From Enterobacteria phage HK225, in the sequence record NC_019717.1: 45,366 nt of DNA; one strand, given 5' to 3'. Positions 1-10,317 of the stretch are shown one piece after another (positions within the stretch are counted from its first letter, which is position 1; each line of letters opens with the position of its first letter). The notes under the pieces are model-generated. The model was not told where the DNA came from and did no database searches. It saw only the letters and a list, made by a program, of their open reading frames with translations. The translations under genes were made by a program, and so were the position numbers.

Positions 1-546
1 ATGGAGGTTAACAAAAAACGCTTATCCGAAATTTTCGGGGTGAGCGTCCGAACGATTCAGAACTGGCAGGAACAAGGTATGCCGGTTGCCCGCGGTGGTG
101 GCAAGGGTAATGAGGTTCTCTTTGAATCTGCTGCCGCAATCGAATGGTACAGTGCGCGCGATGCAGCCATAGAAAATGAAAAGTTGCGGAAGGAAGTTGA
201 AGATCTCCGCATTGCTTCTGAGTCCGATCTTCAACCTGGCACGATTGAATATGAGCGACACCGACTTACGCGAGCTCAGGCTGACGCTCAGGAATTAAAA
301 AATGCAAAAGAGTCCGCTGAAGTGGTGGAGACCGCATTCTGCACGTTCGTGCTGTCGCGGGTAGCCGGAGAAATTGCCAGCATTCTCGATGGAATACCTC
401 TGTCGGTTCAGCGGCGCTTCCCGGAGCTGGAGAACCGACATATTGATTTCCTCAAGAAGGACATCATTAAGGCCATGAACAAAGCAGCTGCGCTGGATGA
501 AATGATACCGGGGTTGCTGAGTGAATATATCGAACAGTCAGGTTAA
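1..546 (+). CDS. nu1: terminase small subunit (lambda Nu1-like)
   Basis: 181-aa ORF; N-terminus MEVNKKRLSEIFGVSVRTIQNWQEQGMP closely matches lambda Nu1 from memory; overlaps the large terminase start as in lambda. Confidence 0.9.
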   Translation: MEVNKKRLSEIFGVSVRTIQNWQEQGMPVARGGGKGNEVLFESAAAIEWYSARDAAIENEKLRKEVEDLRIASESDLQPGTIEYERHRLTRAQADAQELKNAKESAEVVETAFCTFVLSRVAGEIASILDGIPLSVQRRFPELENRHIDFLKKDIIKAMNKAAALDEMIPGLLSEYIEQSG

Positions 547-2443
547 GGGGCTGCAGCACTCTGCGCGGGCGGGGCTACGTTCGCTTTACCGGCCAGAACC
601 GCAAACAGCGGTTGAATGGGCAGATGAGAATTACTATCTCCCGAAAGAGTCTGCCTACCAGGAAGGGCGCTGGGAAACACTGCCATTTCAGCGTGCAATT
701 ATGAATGCGATGGGCAATGACTATATCCGCGAAGTGAATGTCGTTAAATCTGCTCGTGTCGGCTACTCAAAAATGTTGCTCGGCGTTTACGCATATTTCA
801 TCCAGCATAAACAGCGTAACTCCCTAATATGGTTGCCAACCGACGGTGACGCTGAAAACTTCATGAAGTCTCATGTCGAACCGACCATTCGTGATATTCC
901 GACGCTGTTGGCGCTTGCTCCTTGGTACGGCAAAAAACACCGGGACAATACGCTTAGCATGAAGCGTTTCTCAAATGGTCGTGGTTTCTGGTGCCTGGGC
1001 GGTAAGGCTGCAAAAAACTACCGTGAAAAATCCGTTGATGTGGCTGGCTACGACGAGCTTGCCGCTTTCGATGATGACATCGAGAAAGAAGGTTCTCCCA
1101 CCTTTCTGGGAGATAAGCGTATTGAGGGTTCTGTATGGCCAAAATCCATTCGCGGCTCTACACCGAAAGTCAAAGGTACGTGCCAGATAGAAAGGGCTGC
1201 TAAGGAGTCAGAACATTTTCTTCGGTTCCATGTTCCATGCCCACACTGCGGGGAAGAGCAGTATCTGAAATTTGGCGATGAAGAGACACCATTTGGCTTT
1301 AAATGGTCTCCGGGAGAACCTTCCAGCGTTTACTACCTCTGTGAACACAATGCCTGTGTGATTAAACAACAAGAGCTGGACTTCCTTGAGGCCAGGTATA
1401 TTTGTGATGAAACAGGTATCTGGACGCGAGACGGCCTTCACTGGTTTGCTTCATCCGGTACTGAAATTGAACCTCCTGACAGCGTTACATTCCACATCTG
1501 GACCGCTTACAGCCCGTTCACAACTTGGGTGCAGATCGTCAAGGACTGGATAAAAACAAAAGGTGATACGGGTAAGCGCAAAACCTTCGTTAACACGACC
1601 TTGGGCGAAACGTGGGAACCGAAAATAGGCGAACGACCCGATGCTGAAGTTTTAGCGGAGCGCAAAGAGCACTTTGAAGCGTCTGTGCCGGAGCGAGTGG
1701 CATATCTAACAGCGGGTATTGACTCCCAGCTTGACCGTTACGAAATGCGTGTATGGGGATGGGGACCGGGAGAGGAAAGCTGGCTTATCGACAAAATCAT
1801 CGTTATGGGTCGTCATGATGATGAGTCGACTCTCGCTCGAGTGGATGAGGCGATCAACAGGACATATAAGCGCCAGAACGGTCTCGAAATGGTTATATCC
1901 CGCACTTGCTGGGATATTGGCGGCATTGATCCCACCATCGTCTACAACCGCTCAAAAAAACATGGTCTGTTTCGTGTGATCCCTATAAAGGGTGCGTCGG
2001 TTTATGGAAAGCCGGTGGCGAACATGCCACGCAAGCGTAACAAGAGTGGCGTTTACCTCACTGAGGTAGGAACAGACACCGCAAAAGAGCAGATTTATAA
2101 CCGTTTCACGCTGGTGGCGCAAAGAGACGAGCCGCTGGCGGGAGCGGTTCATTTCCCGAATAACCCAGAAATCTACGATCTAACCGAGGCCCAACAACTA
2201 ACTGCTGAAGAGCAGGTGGAAAAATGGGTAGACGGAAAGAAAAAGATCGTCTGGGACAGCAAAAAACGACGAAATGAGGCGCTCGATTGCTTTGTTTATG
2301 CACTGGCGGCGCTTCGTATCAGCATATCCCGCTGGCAGCTAAATCTTGATTCACTTCTGGCCAGCCTGCTGGAGGAAGAAGGCAGCCGTAACAATAACAA
2401 GACCCTGGCGGATTACGCGCGGGCATTATCTGGAGAGGAATAA
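521..2443 (+). CDS. A: terminase large subunit (lambda gpA-like)
   Basis: 640-aa ORF starting at GTG in the same context as lambda A; long stretches recalled as lambda gpA ([42 protein letters not shown]). Confidence 0.95.
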   Translation: MNISNSQVKGLQHSARAGLRSLYRPEPQTAVEWADENYYLPKESAYQEGRWETLPFQRAIMNAMGNDYIREVNVVKSARVGYSKMLLGVYAYFIQHKQRNSLIWLPTDGDAENFMKSHVEPTIRDIPTLLALAPWYGKKHRDNTLSMKRFSNGRGFWCLGGKAAKNYREKSVDVAGYDELAAFDDDIEKEGSPTFLGDKRIEGSVWPKSIRGSTPKVKGTCQIERAAKESEHFLRFHVPCPHCGEEQYLKFGDEETPFGFKWSPGEPSSVYYLCEHNACVIKQQELDFLEARYICDETGIWTRDGLHWFASSGTEIEPPDSVTFHIWTAYSPFTTWVQIVKDWIKTKGDTGKRKTFVNTTLGETWEPKIGERPDAEVLAERKEHFEASVPERVAYLTAGIDSQLDRYEMRVWGWGPGEESWLIDKIIVMGRHDDESTLARVDEAINRTYKRQNGLEMVISRTCWDIGGIDPTIVYNRSKKHGLFRVIPIKGASVYGKPVANMPRKRNKSGVYLTEVGTDTAKEQIYNRFTLVAQRDEPLAGAVHFPNNPEIYDLTEAQQLTAEEQVEKWVDGKKKIVWDSKKRRNEALDCFVYALAALRISISRWQLNLDSLLASLLEEEGSRNNNKTLADYARALSGEE

Positions 2444-2649
2444 TGGCAACACAGACTGAACTGGATGCCGCGCGCGCTGCGTTACATGACCTGATGATGG
2501 GAAAGCGCGTGGCGACGGTACAGAAAGACGGTCGAAGAGTGGAATTTACAGCCACATCAGTCAGCGATCTCAAAAAATATATTGCTGACCTTGAATCTCA
2601 GGTTGGTACCACATCACGACGCCGGGGGCCAGCAGGGTTTTACGTATGA
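2443..2649 (+). CDS. W: head-tail joining protein W
   Basis: 68-aa ORF, same length and position as lambda gpW; ATG overlaps the A stop. Confidence 0.85.
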   Translation: MATQTELDAARAALHDLMMGKRVATVQKDGRRVEFTATSVSDLKKYIADLESQVGTTSRRRGPAGFYV

Positions 2650-4238
2650 AAATACCATCTTTAGTGGGACCTGACGGGAAAACATCCCTTCGGGAATACG
2701 CGGGATATCATGGTGGTGGTGGCGGGTTTGGTGGGCAGCTGCGGGGCTGGAATCCGCCGAGTGAAAGTGCAGATGCCGCACTCCTTCCCAACTATTCTCG
2801 TGGAAATGCCCGCGCTGACGATCTGGTGCGAAATAATGGCTATGCAGCAAACGCCGTGCAGCTCCACCAGGACCACATCGTCGGGTCATTTTTCAGACTC
2901 AGTTATCGACCGAGCTGGCGCTATCTTGGCATCAATGAGGAGGATTCACGCGCATTTTCTCGGGATGTGGAAGCCGCCTGGAATGAGTATGCCGAAGATG
3001 ACTTCTGCGGGATTGATGCCGAACGCAAGCGAACGTTTACGATGATGATTCGTGAAGGTGTAGCAATGCATGCGTTTAACGGTGAATTATGCATGCAGGC
3101 GACATGGGACAGCGATTCAACGCGTCTTTTCCGTACTCAGTTCAAAATGGTTAGTCCGAAGCGCGTCAGTAATCCAAGCAACATCGGTGATACCCGGAAC
3201 TGTCGCGCCGGGGTAAAAATCAATAATAGTGGTGCTGCGCTGGGATATTACGTCAGCGATGACGGTTATCCTGGTTGGATGGCGCAGAACTGGACCTACA
3301 TACCTCGCGAGCTCCCCGGAGGGCGCCCCTCTTTTATCCATGTCTTCGAACCGATAGAGGACGGACAGACCCGTGGAGCCAATGCGTTTTACAGCGTTAT
3401 GGAGCAGATGAAAATGCTCGATACCCTGCAAAACACCCAGCTCCAGAGTGCGATAGTGAAGGCCATGTATGCTGCCACCATCGAGAGTGAGCTGGATACG
3501 CAGACGGCGATGGATTTCATTCTCGGCGCGGATAATAAAGAGCAGCAGAGCAAACTGACGGGCTGGCTCGGTGAAATGGCGTCCTATTACTCAGCTGCGC
3601 CGGTTCGCCTGGGTGGGGCAAGGGTTCCACACCTGTTGCCGGGTGATTCTCTCAACCTTCAGTCGGCGCAGGATACCGATAACGGCTACTCGACTTTTGA
3701 ACAGTCACTGCTGCGCTATATTGCCGCTGGGCTGGGTGTATCGTATGAGCAGCTTTCGCGAAATTATTCTCAGATGAGTTACTCGACTGCGCGCGCAAGC
3801 GCTAACGAGTCATGGGCGTACTTCATGGGCCGTCGCAAGTTTGTGGCATCCCGACAGGCCTGTCAGATGTTTCTTTGCTGGCTGGAAGAGGCAATTGTCC
3901 GCCGCGTGGTCACACTTCCTTCAAAAGCCAGATTCAGCTTTCAGGAAGCGAGAACAGCCTGGGGAAATGCCAACTGGATCGGCTCAGGCCGCATGGCTAT
4001 TGACGGGCTGAAAGAGGTACAGGAAGCCGTCATGCTCATCGAGGCTGGTCTCAGTACGTATGAGAAAGAATGCGCCAAACGCGGTGATGATTATCAGGAG
4101 ATTTTTGCCCAGCAGGTCCGGGAAACAATGGAGCGTCGTGCTGCGGGTCTGAAACCACCGGCATGGGCCGCTGCCGCTTTTGAGGCTGGACTGAAAAAAT
4201 CAAACGAGGAGGAGCAAGATGGCGCACGAGCTGCGTAA
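2646..4238 (+). CDS. B: portal protein (lambda gpB-like)
   Basis: 530-aa ORF in portal position, translationally coupled to W; lambda B-like by recollection. Confidence 0.9.
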   Translation: MKIPSLVGPDGKTSLREYAGYHGGGGGFGGQLRGWNPPSESADAALLPNYSRGNARADDLVRNNGYAANAVQLHQDHIVGSFFRLSYRPSWRYLGINEEDSRAFSRDVEAAWNEYAEDDFCGIDAERKRTFTMMIREGVAMHAFNGELCMQATWDSDSTRLFRTQFKMVSPKRVSNPSNIGDTRNCRAGVKINNSGAALGYYVSDDGYPGWMAQNWTYIPRELPGGRPSFIHVFEPIEDGQTRGANAFYSVMEQMKMLDTLQNTQLQSAIVKAMYAATIESELDTQTAMDFILGADNKEQQSKLTGWLGEMASYYSAAPVRLGGARVPHLLPGDSLNLQSAQDTDNGYSTFEQSLLRYIAAGLGVSYEQLSRNYSQMSYSTARASANESWAYFMGRRKFVASRQACQMFLCWLEEAIVRRVVTLPSKARFSFQEARTAWGNANWIGSGRMAIDGLKEVQEAVMLIEAGLSTYEKECAKRGDDYQEIFAQQVRETMERRAAGLKPPAWAAAAFEAGLKKSNEEEQDGARAA

Positions 4239-5562
4239 TCTTCCGCATATCGCCAGTATGGCCTTTAATGAGCCGCTGATGCTTGAACCCGCCTACGCGC
4301 GGGTTTTCTTTTGTGCCTTAGCTGGTCAGCTGGGCATCACCCGGCTGACAGATACCGTCTCTGGCATCACGCTTGACGCCGGACAAATAGCCGAACCGCT
4401 GGCGCTGTTTGGTGAAGATGATGACATGGATACCCGACCATCGCGAAGCTATCAGGTGGCAAATGGCATCGCGGTCTTGCCGGTTTCCGGCACTCTGGTG
4501 AGTAAAACCCGTGCGCTGCAGCCTTATTCCGGGATGACGGGTTACAACGGGATCATCGCTCGCCTGCAGCAGGCCATCAGTGACCCCGGCGTCGACGGCA
4601 TTCTACTGGACATGGATACGCCGGGTGGCATGGTGTCCGGGGCGTTTGACTGCGCCGACATTATTGCCCGTATGCGCGATATCAAACCCATCTGGGCGCT
4701 GGCCAATGACATGAACTGCAGTGCAGGTCAGCTTATTGCCAGTTCGGCATCGCGACGGCTGGTCACACAAACGGCCAGAACCGGCTCCATTGGGGTCATG
4801 ATGGCGCACAGTAACTATGGCGCTGCGCTCAAAACTAACGGCGTTGAGGTCACGCTGATTTACAGCGGCGATCGCAAGGTCGACGGCAACCCTTACGAAA
4901 AGCTTCCGAAAGATGTGCGTGCTGATTTCCAGACGCGTATCGATGCCACTCGTCAGATGTTTGCCGAAAAGGTTTCCGCTTATACCGGCATGTCTGTTCA
5001 GGACGTGCTGGACACCGAAGCGGCAGTATTCTCCGGCCAGGAATCTTTGGATAACGGGCTGGCGGATGAACTTGTTAACAATACCGATGCGCTCGGCGTG
5101 ATGCGCGAAGCACTCGACAGACGCAAAAAAACAACCCTTGGAGGAACTATGCCATCACCTTCTGCATCAGCTGTGACCACTAAGCCAGTTGACCAGGCAG
5201 CAACTCAGACAACTGCATCAGCTGAACAGGCCACTACCGTTGACACGACAATTGCTTCCGTAGCAGCCCCTGTAGATGTCAGTGCGCAGGTTACTGCAGC
5301 AGTAGCTGCAGAGAATAGTCGCATCATGGGCATCCTGAACTGCGACGAGGCTAAAGGGCGTGAGTCACAGGCGCGAGCACTGGCCGAAACGCCGGGTATG
5401 ACGGTAGAGAGCGCACAGCGCATTCTGGCTGCTGCACCGCAAAGTGCCCAGACGCGTACCGATACGGCGCTGGATCGTTTGATGGAAACAGCACCCGGTG
5501 CACTCCAAGCAGGTAGCGCATCTTCTGATGCCGCTGACGATTTGTTAAACACCCCCGTTTAA
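4219..5562 (+). CDS. C: prohead protease / scaffold (lambda gpC-like, S49 peptidase) with Ala/Thr/Gln-rich C-terminal scaffold-like tail
   Basis: 447-aa ORF; ClpP/S49-like core in the N-terminal two thirds; C-terminal 130 aa low-complexity, as with the nested Nu3 scaffold of lambda. Confidence 0.85.
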   Translation: MAHELRNLPHIASMAFNEPLMLEPAYARVFFCALAGQLGITRLTDTVSGITLDAGQIAEPLALFGEDDDMDTRPSRSYQVANGIAVLPVSGTLVSKTRALQPYSGMTGYNGIIARLQQAISDPGVDGILLDMDTPGGMVSGAFDCADIIARMRDIKPIWALANDMNCSAGQLIASSASRRLVTQTARTGSIGVMMAHSNYGAALKTNGVEVTLIYSGDRKVDGNPYEKLPKDVRADFQTRIDATRQMFAEKVSAYTGMSVQDVLDTEAAVFSGQESLDNGLADELVNNTDALGVMREALDRRKKTTLGGTMPSPSASAVTTKPVDQAATQTTASAEQATTVDTTIASVAAPVDVSAQVTAAVAAENSRIMGILNCDEAKGRESQARALAETPGMTVESAQRILAAAPQSAQTRTDTALDRLMETAPGALQAGSASSDAADDLLNTPV

Positions 5563-5571
5563 GAGGCTATC

Positions 5572-5904
5572 ATGGAAATTACTGAAGTTTTCACACATAA
5601 CCAGCCGCTCGGTAACAGCGACCCGGCGCACACTGCGTATGGTCTTGGCGAACTGACAGCTTCCACTCCAGCCATGACGCCGCTCATGCTGGATGCCACT
5701 TCTGGCAAGCTGGCCGTCTGGGATGGTGCTCATGCTGGCGCGGCAATGGGCATCCTGGCTGTAACCGCAGACCAGAACAGCGCGGAACTGGCATTTTACA
5801 AATCTGGCTCTTTCCGTATTGAAGATGTCCTCTGGCCATCTGCCGTCACCGACGACAACATTAAACGTAACGCGTTCGCCGGTACTGCAATCAGCATCGT
5901 TTAA
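5572..5904 (+). CDS. D: head decoration protein (lambda gpD-like)
   Basis: 110-aa ORF, same length as lambda D; motifs [12 protein letters not shown] and FAGTAISIV; good SD. Confidence 0.9.
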   Translation: MEITEVFTHNQPLGNSDPAHTAYGLGELTASTPAMTPLMLDATSGKLAVWDGAHAGAAMGILAVTADQNSAELAFYKSGSFRIEDVLWPSAVTDDNIKRNAFAGTAISIV

Positions 5905-5935
5905 TCCGCATTTCTACAACCATCATCATTCATAA

Positions 5936-5958
5936 AAGCCGCCTGCGCGGCTTTTTTT
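5936..5958 (+). terminator. intrinsic terminator-like hairpin between D and E
   Basis: GCCGC-ctgc-GCGGC stem followed by a run of seven T. Confidence 0.5.
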
Positions 5959-5971
5959 ACGGGAAATATCT

Positions 5972-6997
5972 ATGTCCGTTTACACCACTGCCCAGCTGCT
6001 GGCGGTCAATGAGAAGAAATTCAAATTCGATCCGCTTTTCCTGCGTATCTTTTTCCGCGAAACCTATCCCTTCAGTACAGAGAAGGTTTACCTGTCGCAA
6101 ATTCCTGGCCTGGTCAATATGGCGCTTTACGTCTCGCCGATTGTCTCCGGCAAAGTGATCCGCTCCCGTGGCGGCAGCACGTCTGAATTCACGCCGGGTT
6201 ATGTGAAGCCGAAACACGAAGTTAACCCACTGATGACTCTCCGCCGCCTGCCGGATGAGGATCCGCAGAATCTCGCTGACCCGGTCTATCGCCGTCGCCG
6301 CATCATCCTTCAGAACATGAAGGATGAAGAGCTGGCGATTGCTCAGGTCGAAGAGAAACAGGCTGTTTCGGCGGTGCTCAGCGGTAAATACACCATGACC
6401 GGGGAAGCGTTCGAGCCTGTTGAAGTCGATATGGGTCGCAGCGCTGGTAACAACATTGTCCAGGCAGGTGCGGCTGCATGGTCAACCCGCGACAAAGAAA
6501 CGTATGACCCGACCGATGACATTGAAGCGTACGCGCTTAATGCCAGCGGTGTGATCAACATCATTGTGTTCGATCCGAAGGGCTGGGCGCTGTTCCGTTC
6601 CTTCAAGTCTGTTGAGAAGAAACTGGACACCCGTCGGGGTTCTAACTCAGAGCTGGAAACTGCCGTGAAAGACCTGGGTATGGCTGTTTCATACAAGGGT
6701 ATGTATGGCGATGTGGCCATCGTGGTGTACTCCGGCCAGTACGTCGAAAATGATGTCAAAAAGAACTATCTGCCGGATCTGACGATGGTTCTGGGTAATA
6801 CACAGGCCCGTGGCCTCCGTACCTATGGCTGCATTCTTGATGCTGATGCCCAGCGCGAAGGTATCAATGCCTCGACACGCTACCCGAAAAACTGGGTGCA
6901 GTCGGGGGATCCGGCGCGCGAATTCACCATGATTCAGTCAGCTCCGCTGATGCTGCTGCCAGACCCTGACGCATTCGTCTCCGTCAAACTGGCATAA
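5972..6997 (+). CDS. E: major capsid protein (lambda gpE-like)
   Basis: 341-aa ORF, same length as lambda E; N-terminus MSVYTTAQLLAVNEKKFKFDPLFLRIFF recalled as lambda E. Confidence 0.95.
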   Translation: MSVYTTAQLLAVNEKKFKFDPLFLRIFFRETYPFSTEKVYLSQIPGLVNMALYVSPIVSGKVIRSRGGSTSEFTPGYVKPKHEVNPLMTLRRLPDEDPQNLADPVYRRRRIILQNMKDEELAIAQVEEKQAVSAVLSGKYTMTGEAFEPVEVDMGRSAGNNIVQAGAAAWSTRDKETYDPTDDIEAYALNASGVINIIVFDPKGWALFRSFKSVEKKLDTRRGSNSELETAVKDLGMAVSYKGMYGDVAIVVYSGQYVENDVKKNYLPDLTMVLGNTQARGLRTYGCILDADAQREGINASTRYPKNWVQSGDPAREFTMIQSAPLMLLPDPDAFVSVKLA

Positions 6998-7007
6998 CTT
7001 CCCCCAG

Positions 7008-7025
7008 TGGCCCTGTCGGGCCACC
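7008..7025 (+). terminator. hairpin downstream of the capsid gene (possible partial terminator or RNA stabiliser)
   Basis: perfect inverted repeat GTGGCCC-tgtc-GGGCCAC followed by CTTTCT. Confidence 0.35.
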
Positions 7026-7042
7026 TTTCTGGAGTATTTCCC

Positions 7043-7459
7043 ATGACAGAAAAAGAAAAGCTGGTCGCCCGCCTGAATGAACTTGGGACCCAGCTTAACC
7101 GCGAGGTCAGTTCCAGCGGCACCATTCAGGAACTAACGATGCGTATTGCTGAGCTTGAAGAGGAGCTGGATGGAGACGCCATCTCGGTTGACGGTAAAAA
7201 CGGCGTGCAGAATGCTTCCGACAGCACCGACAGCACCGACAGCACCGACAGCAATGTTGCTAACGTGGCAAAAGTAAAAACGGAATCGGCCACAACGGGT
7301 GACCTGGTATCAGTAGAAACGCTGGCCACCCTGCATATTGACGCTCTGCATGCCACGCGTAACGAACCGGTATCCATCGTAGAGCCTGGTGTGATTATCC
7401 GCGTATCTGAACAGGATGCCGACGACTTGATCGCAAAGGGGCTGGCTTTCGAAGTCTGA
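7043..7459 (+). CDS. FI: DNA packaging protein FI
   Basis: ORF track gives 7007 (alternative start); ATG at 7043 has GGAG 9 nt upstream and gives 138 aa; LNELGTQLNREV and HIDALHATRNEPV resemble lambda FI; contains a (DST)n tandem repeat. Confidence 0.8.
   Translation: MTEKEKLVARLNELGTQLNREVSSSGTIQELTMRIAELEEELDGDAISVDGKNGVQNASDSTDSTDSTDSNVANVAKVKTESATTGDLVSVETLATLHIDALHATRNEPVSIVEPGVIIRVSEQDADDLIAKGLAFEV
7219..7253 (+). repeat. 9-bp tandem repeat CGACAGCAC x ~3.9 inside FI, encoding (DST)n
   Basis: direct reading: ccgacagcaccgacagcaccgacagcaccgacagc. Confidence 0.9.
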
Positions 7460-7469
7460 AGGGGGCCAC

Positions 7470-7823
7470 ATGGCTGATTTCGATAATCTCTTTGACGAGG
7501 CCATGTCGCGAGCTGATAGAGCTATCCGTGGTGTGATGGGCACAGAGGCAAAGGTGATGTCAGGCGCTTTGTCAGGTGCCACCCTGGTCGGTGTATTCGA
7601 TGATCCAGAAAATATCGGATATGCCGGTGCCGGGATTCGTGTTGAAGGAACCAGCCCGACCCTGTTTGTGGAAACCGCCACTGTCAGGCAGCTGCAGCGT
7701 ATGGACACGCTGACGATTAACGGTCGGCAATTCTGGGTTGATCGTGTTGGTCCTGATGATTGTGGATCATGTCACATCTGGCTGGGTAACGGCTCTCCGC
7801 CTGCTGCTGCGCGCCGCCGTTAA
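7470..7823 (+). CDS. FII: head-tail joining protein FII
   Basis: 117-aa ORF, same length as lambda FII; MADFDNLFDEAM N-terminus. Confidence 0.85.
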   Translation: MADFDNLFDEAMSRADRAIRGVMGTEAKVMSGALSGATLVGVFDDPENIGYAGAGIRVEGTSPTLFVETATVRQLQRMDTLTINGRQFWVDRVGPDDCGSCHIWLGNGSPPAAARRR

Positions 7824-7832
7824 GGAGCGCTT

Positions 7833-8387
7833 ATGTCAATAAAAGGCCTTGAACAGGCGATAGAAAACCTTAACAGCATCAGCAAAACGGCTGTCCCGCG
7901 TGCGTCGGCGCAGGCTGTTAACCGCGTGGCAAACCGGGCCGTCAGTCGCAGCGTGGCGGTCGTATCAAAAGATACGCGCGTACCGAGAAAACTGGTAAAG
8001 CAACGCGCCAGGGTGAAGCGTGCGACGGTCAATAAACCTCGTGCGCTTATCCGTGTAAACCGGGGCAATTTACCGGCCATTAAACTCGGTACCGCAAGCG
8101 TGCGACTTTCCCGCAGAAAACGGGACAAGAAAGGGGCCAACAGCGTTCTGCGTATAGGACCGTTCCGTTTTCCGGGCGGTTTTATCCAGCAACTTAAAAA
8201 TGGCCGCTGGCATGTCATGAGGCGTACGTCAAAACCTCGTTACCCCATTGAAGTGGTCAGCATCCCGCTGGCAGCTCCATTAACTACGGCGTTTAAAGAA
8301 GAACTGCCAAAGCTCATGGAGTCAGATATGCCCAAAGAACTCCGGGCATCCCTTACCAACCAACTCAGGTTAATTCTGACACGATGA
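7833..8387 (+). CDS. Z: tail completion protein Z
   Basis: 184-aa ORF; MSIKGLEQAIENL and FIQQLKNGRWHVM match lambda gpZ by recollection. Confidence 0.85.
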   Translation: MSIKGLEQAIENLNSISKTAVPRASAQAVNRVANRAVSRSVAVVSKDTRVPRKLVKQRARVKRATVNKPRALIRVNRGNLPAIKLGTASVRLSRRKRDKKGANSVLRIGPFRFPGGFIQQLKNGRWHVMRRTSKPRYPIEVVSIPLAAPLTTAFKEELPKLMESDMPKELRASLTNQLRLILTR

Positions 8388-8782
8388 AACACAGCGATAT
8401 TCGCAAGGTGATTATTGACGCGCTGGAGAGCGCGATTGGTACTGACGCCATTTATTTTGACGGCAGACCTGCAGTGCTTGAAGAGGGTGATTTTCCCGCT
8501 GTTGCCGTTTACCTGACCGATGCGGAATACACCGGGGAAGAACTGGACGCCGACACTTGGCAGGCCATTCTGCATATCGAAGTCTTTCTTGAGGCTCAGG
8601 TACCTGATTCTGAGCTGGATGACTGGATGGAGACGCGAGTGTATCCGGTTCTCGCAGAGGTTCCTGGGCTTGAATCCCTTATCACCACAATGATCCAGCA
8701 GGGCTATGACTACCAGCGCGATGATGATATGGCGCTGTGGAGTTCTGCCGACCTGAAATATTCCATTACTTACGACATGTGA
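8384..8782 (+). CDS. U: tail terminator protein U
   Basis: 132-aa ORF; [31 protein letters not shown] is near-identical to recalled lambda gpU. Confidence 0.9.
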   Translation: MKHSDIRKVIIDALESAIGTDAIYFDGRPAVLEEGDFPAVAVYLTDAEYTGEELDADTWQAILHIEVFLEAQVPDSELDDWMETRVYPVLAEVPGLESLITTMIQQGYDYQRDDDMALWSSADLKYSITYDM

Positions 8783-8789
8783 GGACCCT

Positions 8790-9527
8790 ATGGCCACACC
8801 AAACCCGCTGGCGCCAACAAAAGGTGCCGGTACCACTCTCTGGGTTTACACCGGAAACGGTGACCCCTATGCCAATCCGCTTTCAGACGTTGACTGGTTG
8901 CGCCTCGCAAAGATTAAAGACCTGCAGCCCGGTGAACTGACGGCTGAATCTGAAGATGACACCTACATCGATGATGAGAATGCCGACTGGACATCAACGA
9001 TGCAGGGGCAGAAATCAGCCGGTGAAACCAACCTGACGCTCGCGTGGATGCCGGGAGATTCCGGACAGCAGGACCTAGTGAACTGGTTCGATGAGGGCAC
9101 CGTGAGGGGATATAAAATCAAATACCCAAATGGTGTTGTCGATGTGTTTAAGGGCTGGGTGAGCAGCCTCGGTAAAACCATAGCGTCCAAAGAGGTCATG
9201 ACCCGCACGGCCAAAATCACAAACAACGGCAAACCATCGCTGGCAGAGGACAGCGGTACCGCGCCGATTGCTGTCACGGGGATCAGTCTGGATAAATCCA
9301 CTGCAACTGTAGCGGTCGCAGCCACAACGCAACTGGTGGTTTCAGTCCTTCCGGCCAGTGCGTCAGATAAATCCTTCCGCGTAGCCAGCTCTGATCCTTC
9401 AAAAGCAACGGTCACTGTTAACGGCAATACCCTGACTGTCACCGGCGTGGCGGCGGGCACCGTCGAAATCATCGTTATGAGCAATGACGGTAACTTTGTG
9501 GCGATCTGCAAAGTCACTGTTTCCTGA
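8790..9527 (+). CDS. V: major tail tube protein V with C-terminal Ig-like domain
   Basis: 245-aa ORF (lambda V is 246 aa); C-terminal Big_2-like segment ([23 protein letters not shown]). Confidence 0.9.
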   Translation: MATPNPLAPTKGAGTTLWVYTGNGDPYANPLSDVDWLRLAKIKDLQPGELTAESEDDTYIDDENADWTSTMQGQKSAGETNLTLAWMPGDSGQQDLVNWFDEGTVRGYKIKYPNGVVDVFKGWVSSLGKTIASKEVMTRTAKITNNGKPSLAEDSGTAPIAVTGISLDKSTATVAVAATTQLVVSVLPASASDKSFRVASSDPSKATVTVNGNTLTVTGVAAGTVEIIVMSNDGNFVAICKVTVS

Positions 9528-9565
9528 TAACCGGGGCGTGAGCCCCGTTCCGACCCGGAGTAAAT

Positions 9566-9988
9566 ATGTTTCTAAAAAGCGAACTGCTGGAAAGTAACGG
9601 CAGCAGCGTCACATTGTTCCAGCTTTCGGCGCTTCAGCGTATTGAATACCTCGAATACCTGAAGCAGCTGGAAGCAGTTGAAGCTGGCGATTTCCAGGCG
9701 GCCATCACCCTCACCGTAAAAAGTGGGGCGTTCCTCGTGGCGATGTCGCTCTGGCACGGCCACGAACTGAAAGGCTCCCAGGGAGAAAATGCGGCGGCGG
9801 AAGTGGCAAAGATTCAGGATGAGGTCATGCAGTCATGGCCGACCGAACTGGTTGCCGAAGCGGAATATAAGGTGAAGCTCCTGTCCGGGATGATTGCGCC
9901 GGTAACTGATGACCAGGCAGCGTCCGGCGAAGAAGGTAATGAACCCGCTGAACCCGTTACTGCGGAAAAGTCCTCGCCAGTGAGCTGA
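9566..9988 (+). CDS. G: tail assembly chaperone G
   Basis: 140-aa ORF, same length as lambda G; MFLKSELLESNG, GAFLVAMSLWH and C-terminal PAEPVTAEKSSPVS parallel lambda G. Confidence 0.85.
   Translation: MFLKSELLESNGSSVTLFQLSALQRIEYLEYLKQLEAVEAGDFQAAITLTVKSGAFLVAMSLWHGHELKGSQGENAAAEVAKIQDEVMQSWPTELVAEAEYKVKLLSGMIAPVTDDQAASGEEGNEPAEPVTAEKSSPVS
9964..9970 (+). other. candidate -1 programmed ribosomal frameshift site for G-T fusion (GGAAAAG)
   Basis: zero-frame codons G GAA AAG at the position of the lambda G GGA AAG slippery heptamer; the -1 frame is open from here into the T ORF. Confidence 0.55.
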
Positions 9989-10317
9989 ATTTTGCCATGA
10001 AACTGGCGCGTGAGTTCGGTCGCCCGGACTGGCGTGCCATGCTTGCTGGCATGTCCTCAACGGAGTATGGCGACTGGAAAATCTTCTATCAGGACAATTA
10101 CTTTCATGATGTGCAGCTGGACGCTCACTTCTCCGGCTTGCTCTACACCATCTCAACCCTGTTTTTTGCCGATCCGGAGTTAACCCCGGACAGTTTCAGC
10201 ATTCTTGCTACTGCACCGGAACCCATCGACATTGATGAACCGGATGACAATACGCTGATGGCGAAGGCTGCAGGTATTTCAGGAGGCGTGCGCTATGGCC
10301 CAGACGGCAGTCGGTGA
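9964..10317 (+). CDS. T: tail assembly chaperone T segment, expressed as G-T fusion by -1 frameshift
   Basis: ORF 9997..10317 is in the -1 frame relative to G and stays open upstream through the slippery site; conserved G/GT arrangement upstream of the tape measure. Confidence 0.7.
   Translation, partial: GKVLASELNFAMKLAREFGRPDWRAMLAGMSSTEYGDWKIFYQDNYFHDVQLDAHFSGLLYTISTLFFADPELTPDSFSILATAPEPIDIDEPDDNTLMAKAAGISGGVRYGPDGSR

Noticed and set aside
9075-9517. Minus-strand ORFs (85 and 184 aa) inside the major tail protein gene
   Set aside because: Antisense to gpV, which has strong homology support; no start signals.
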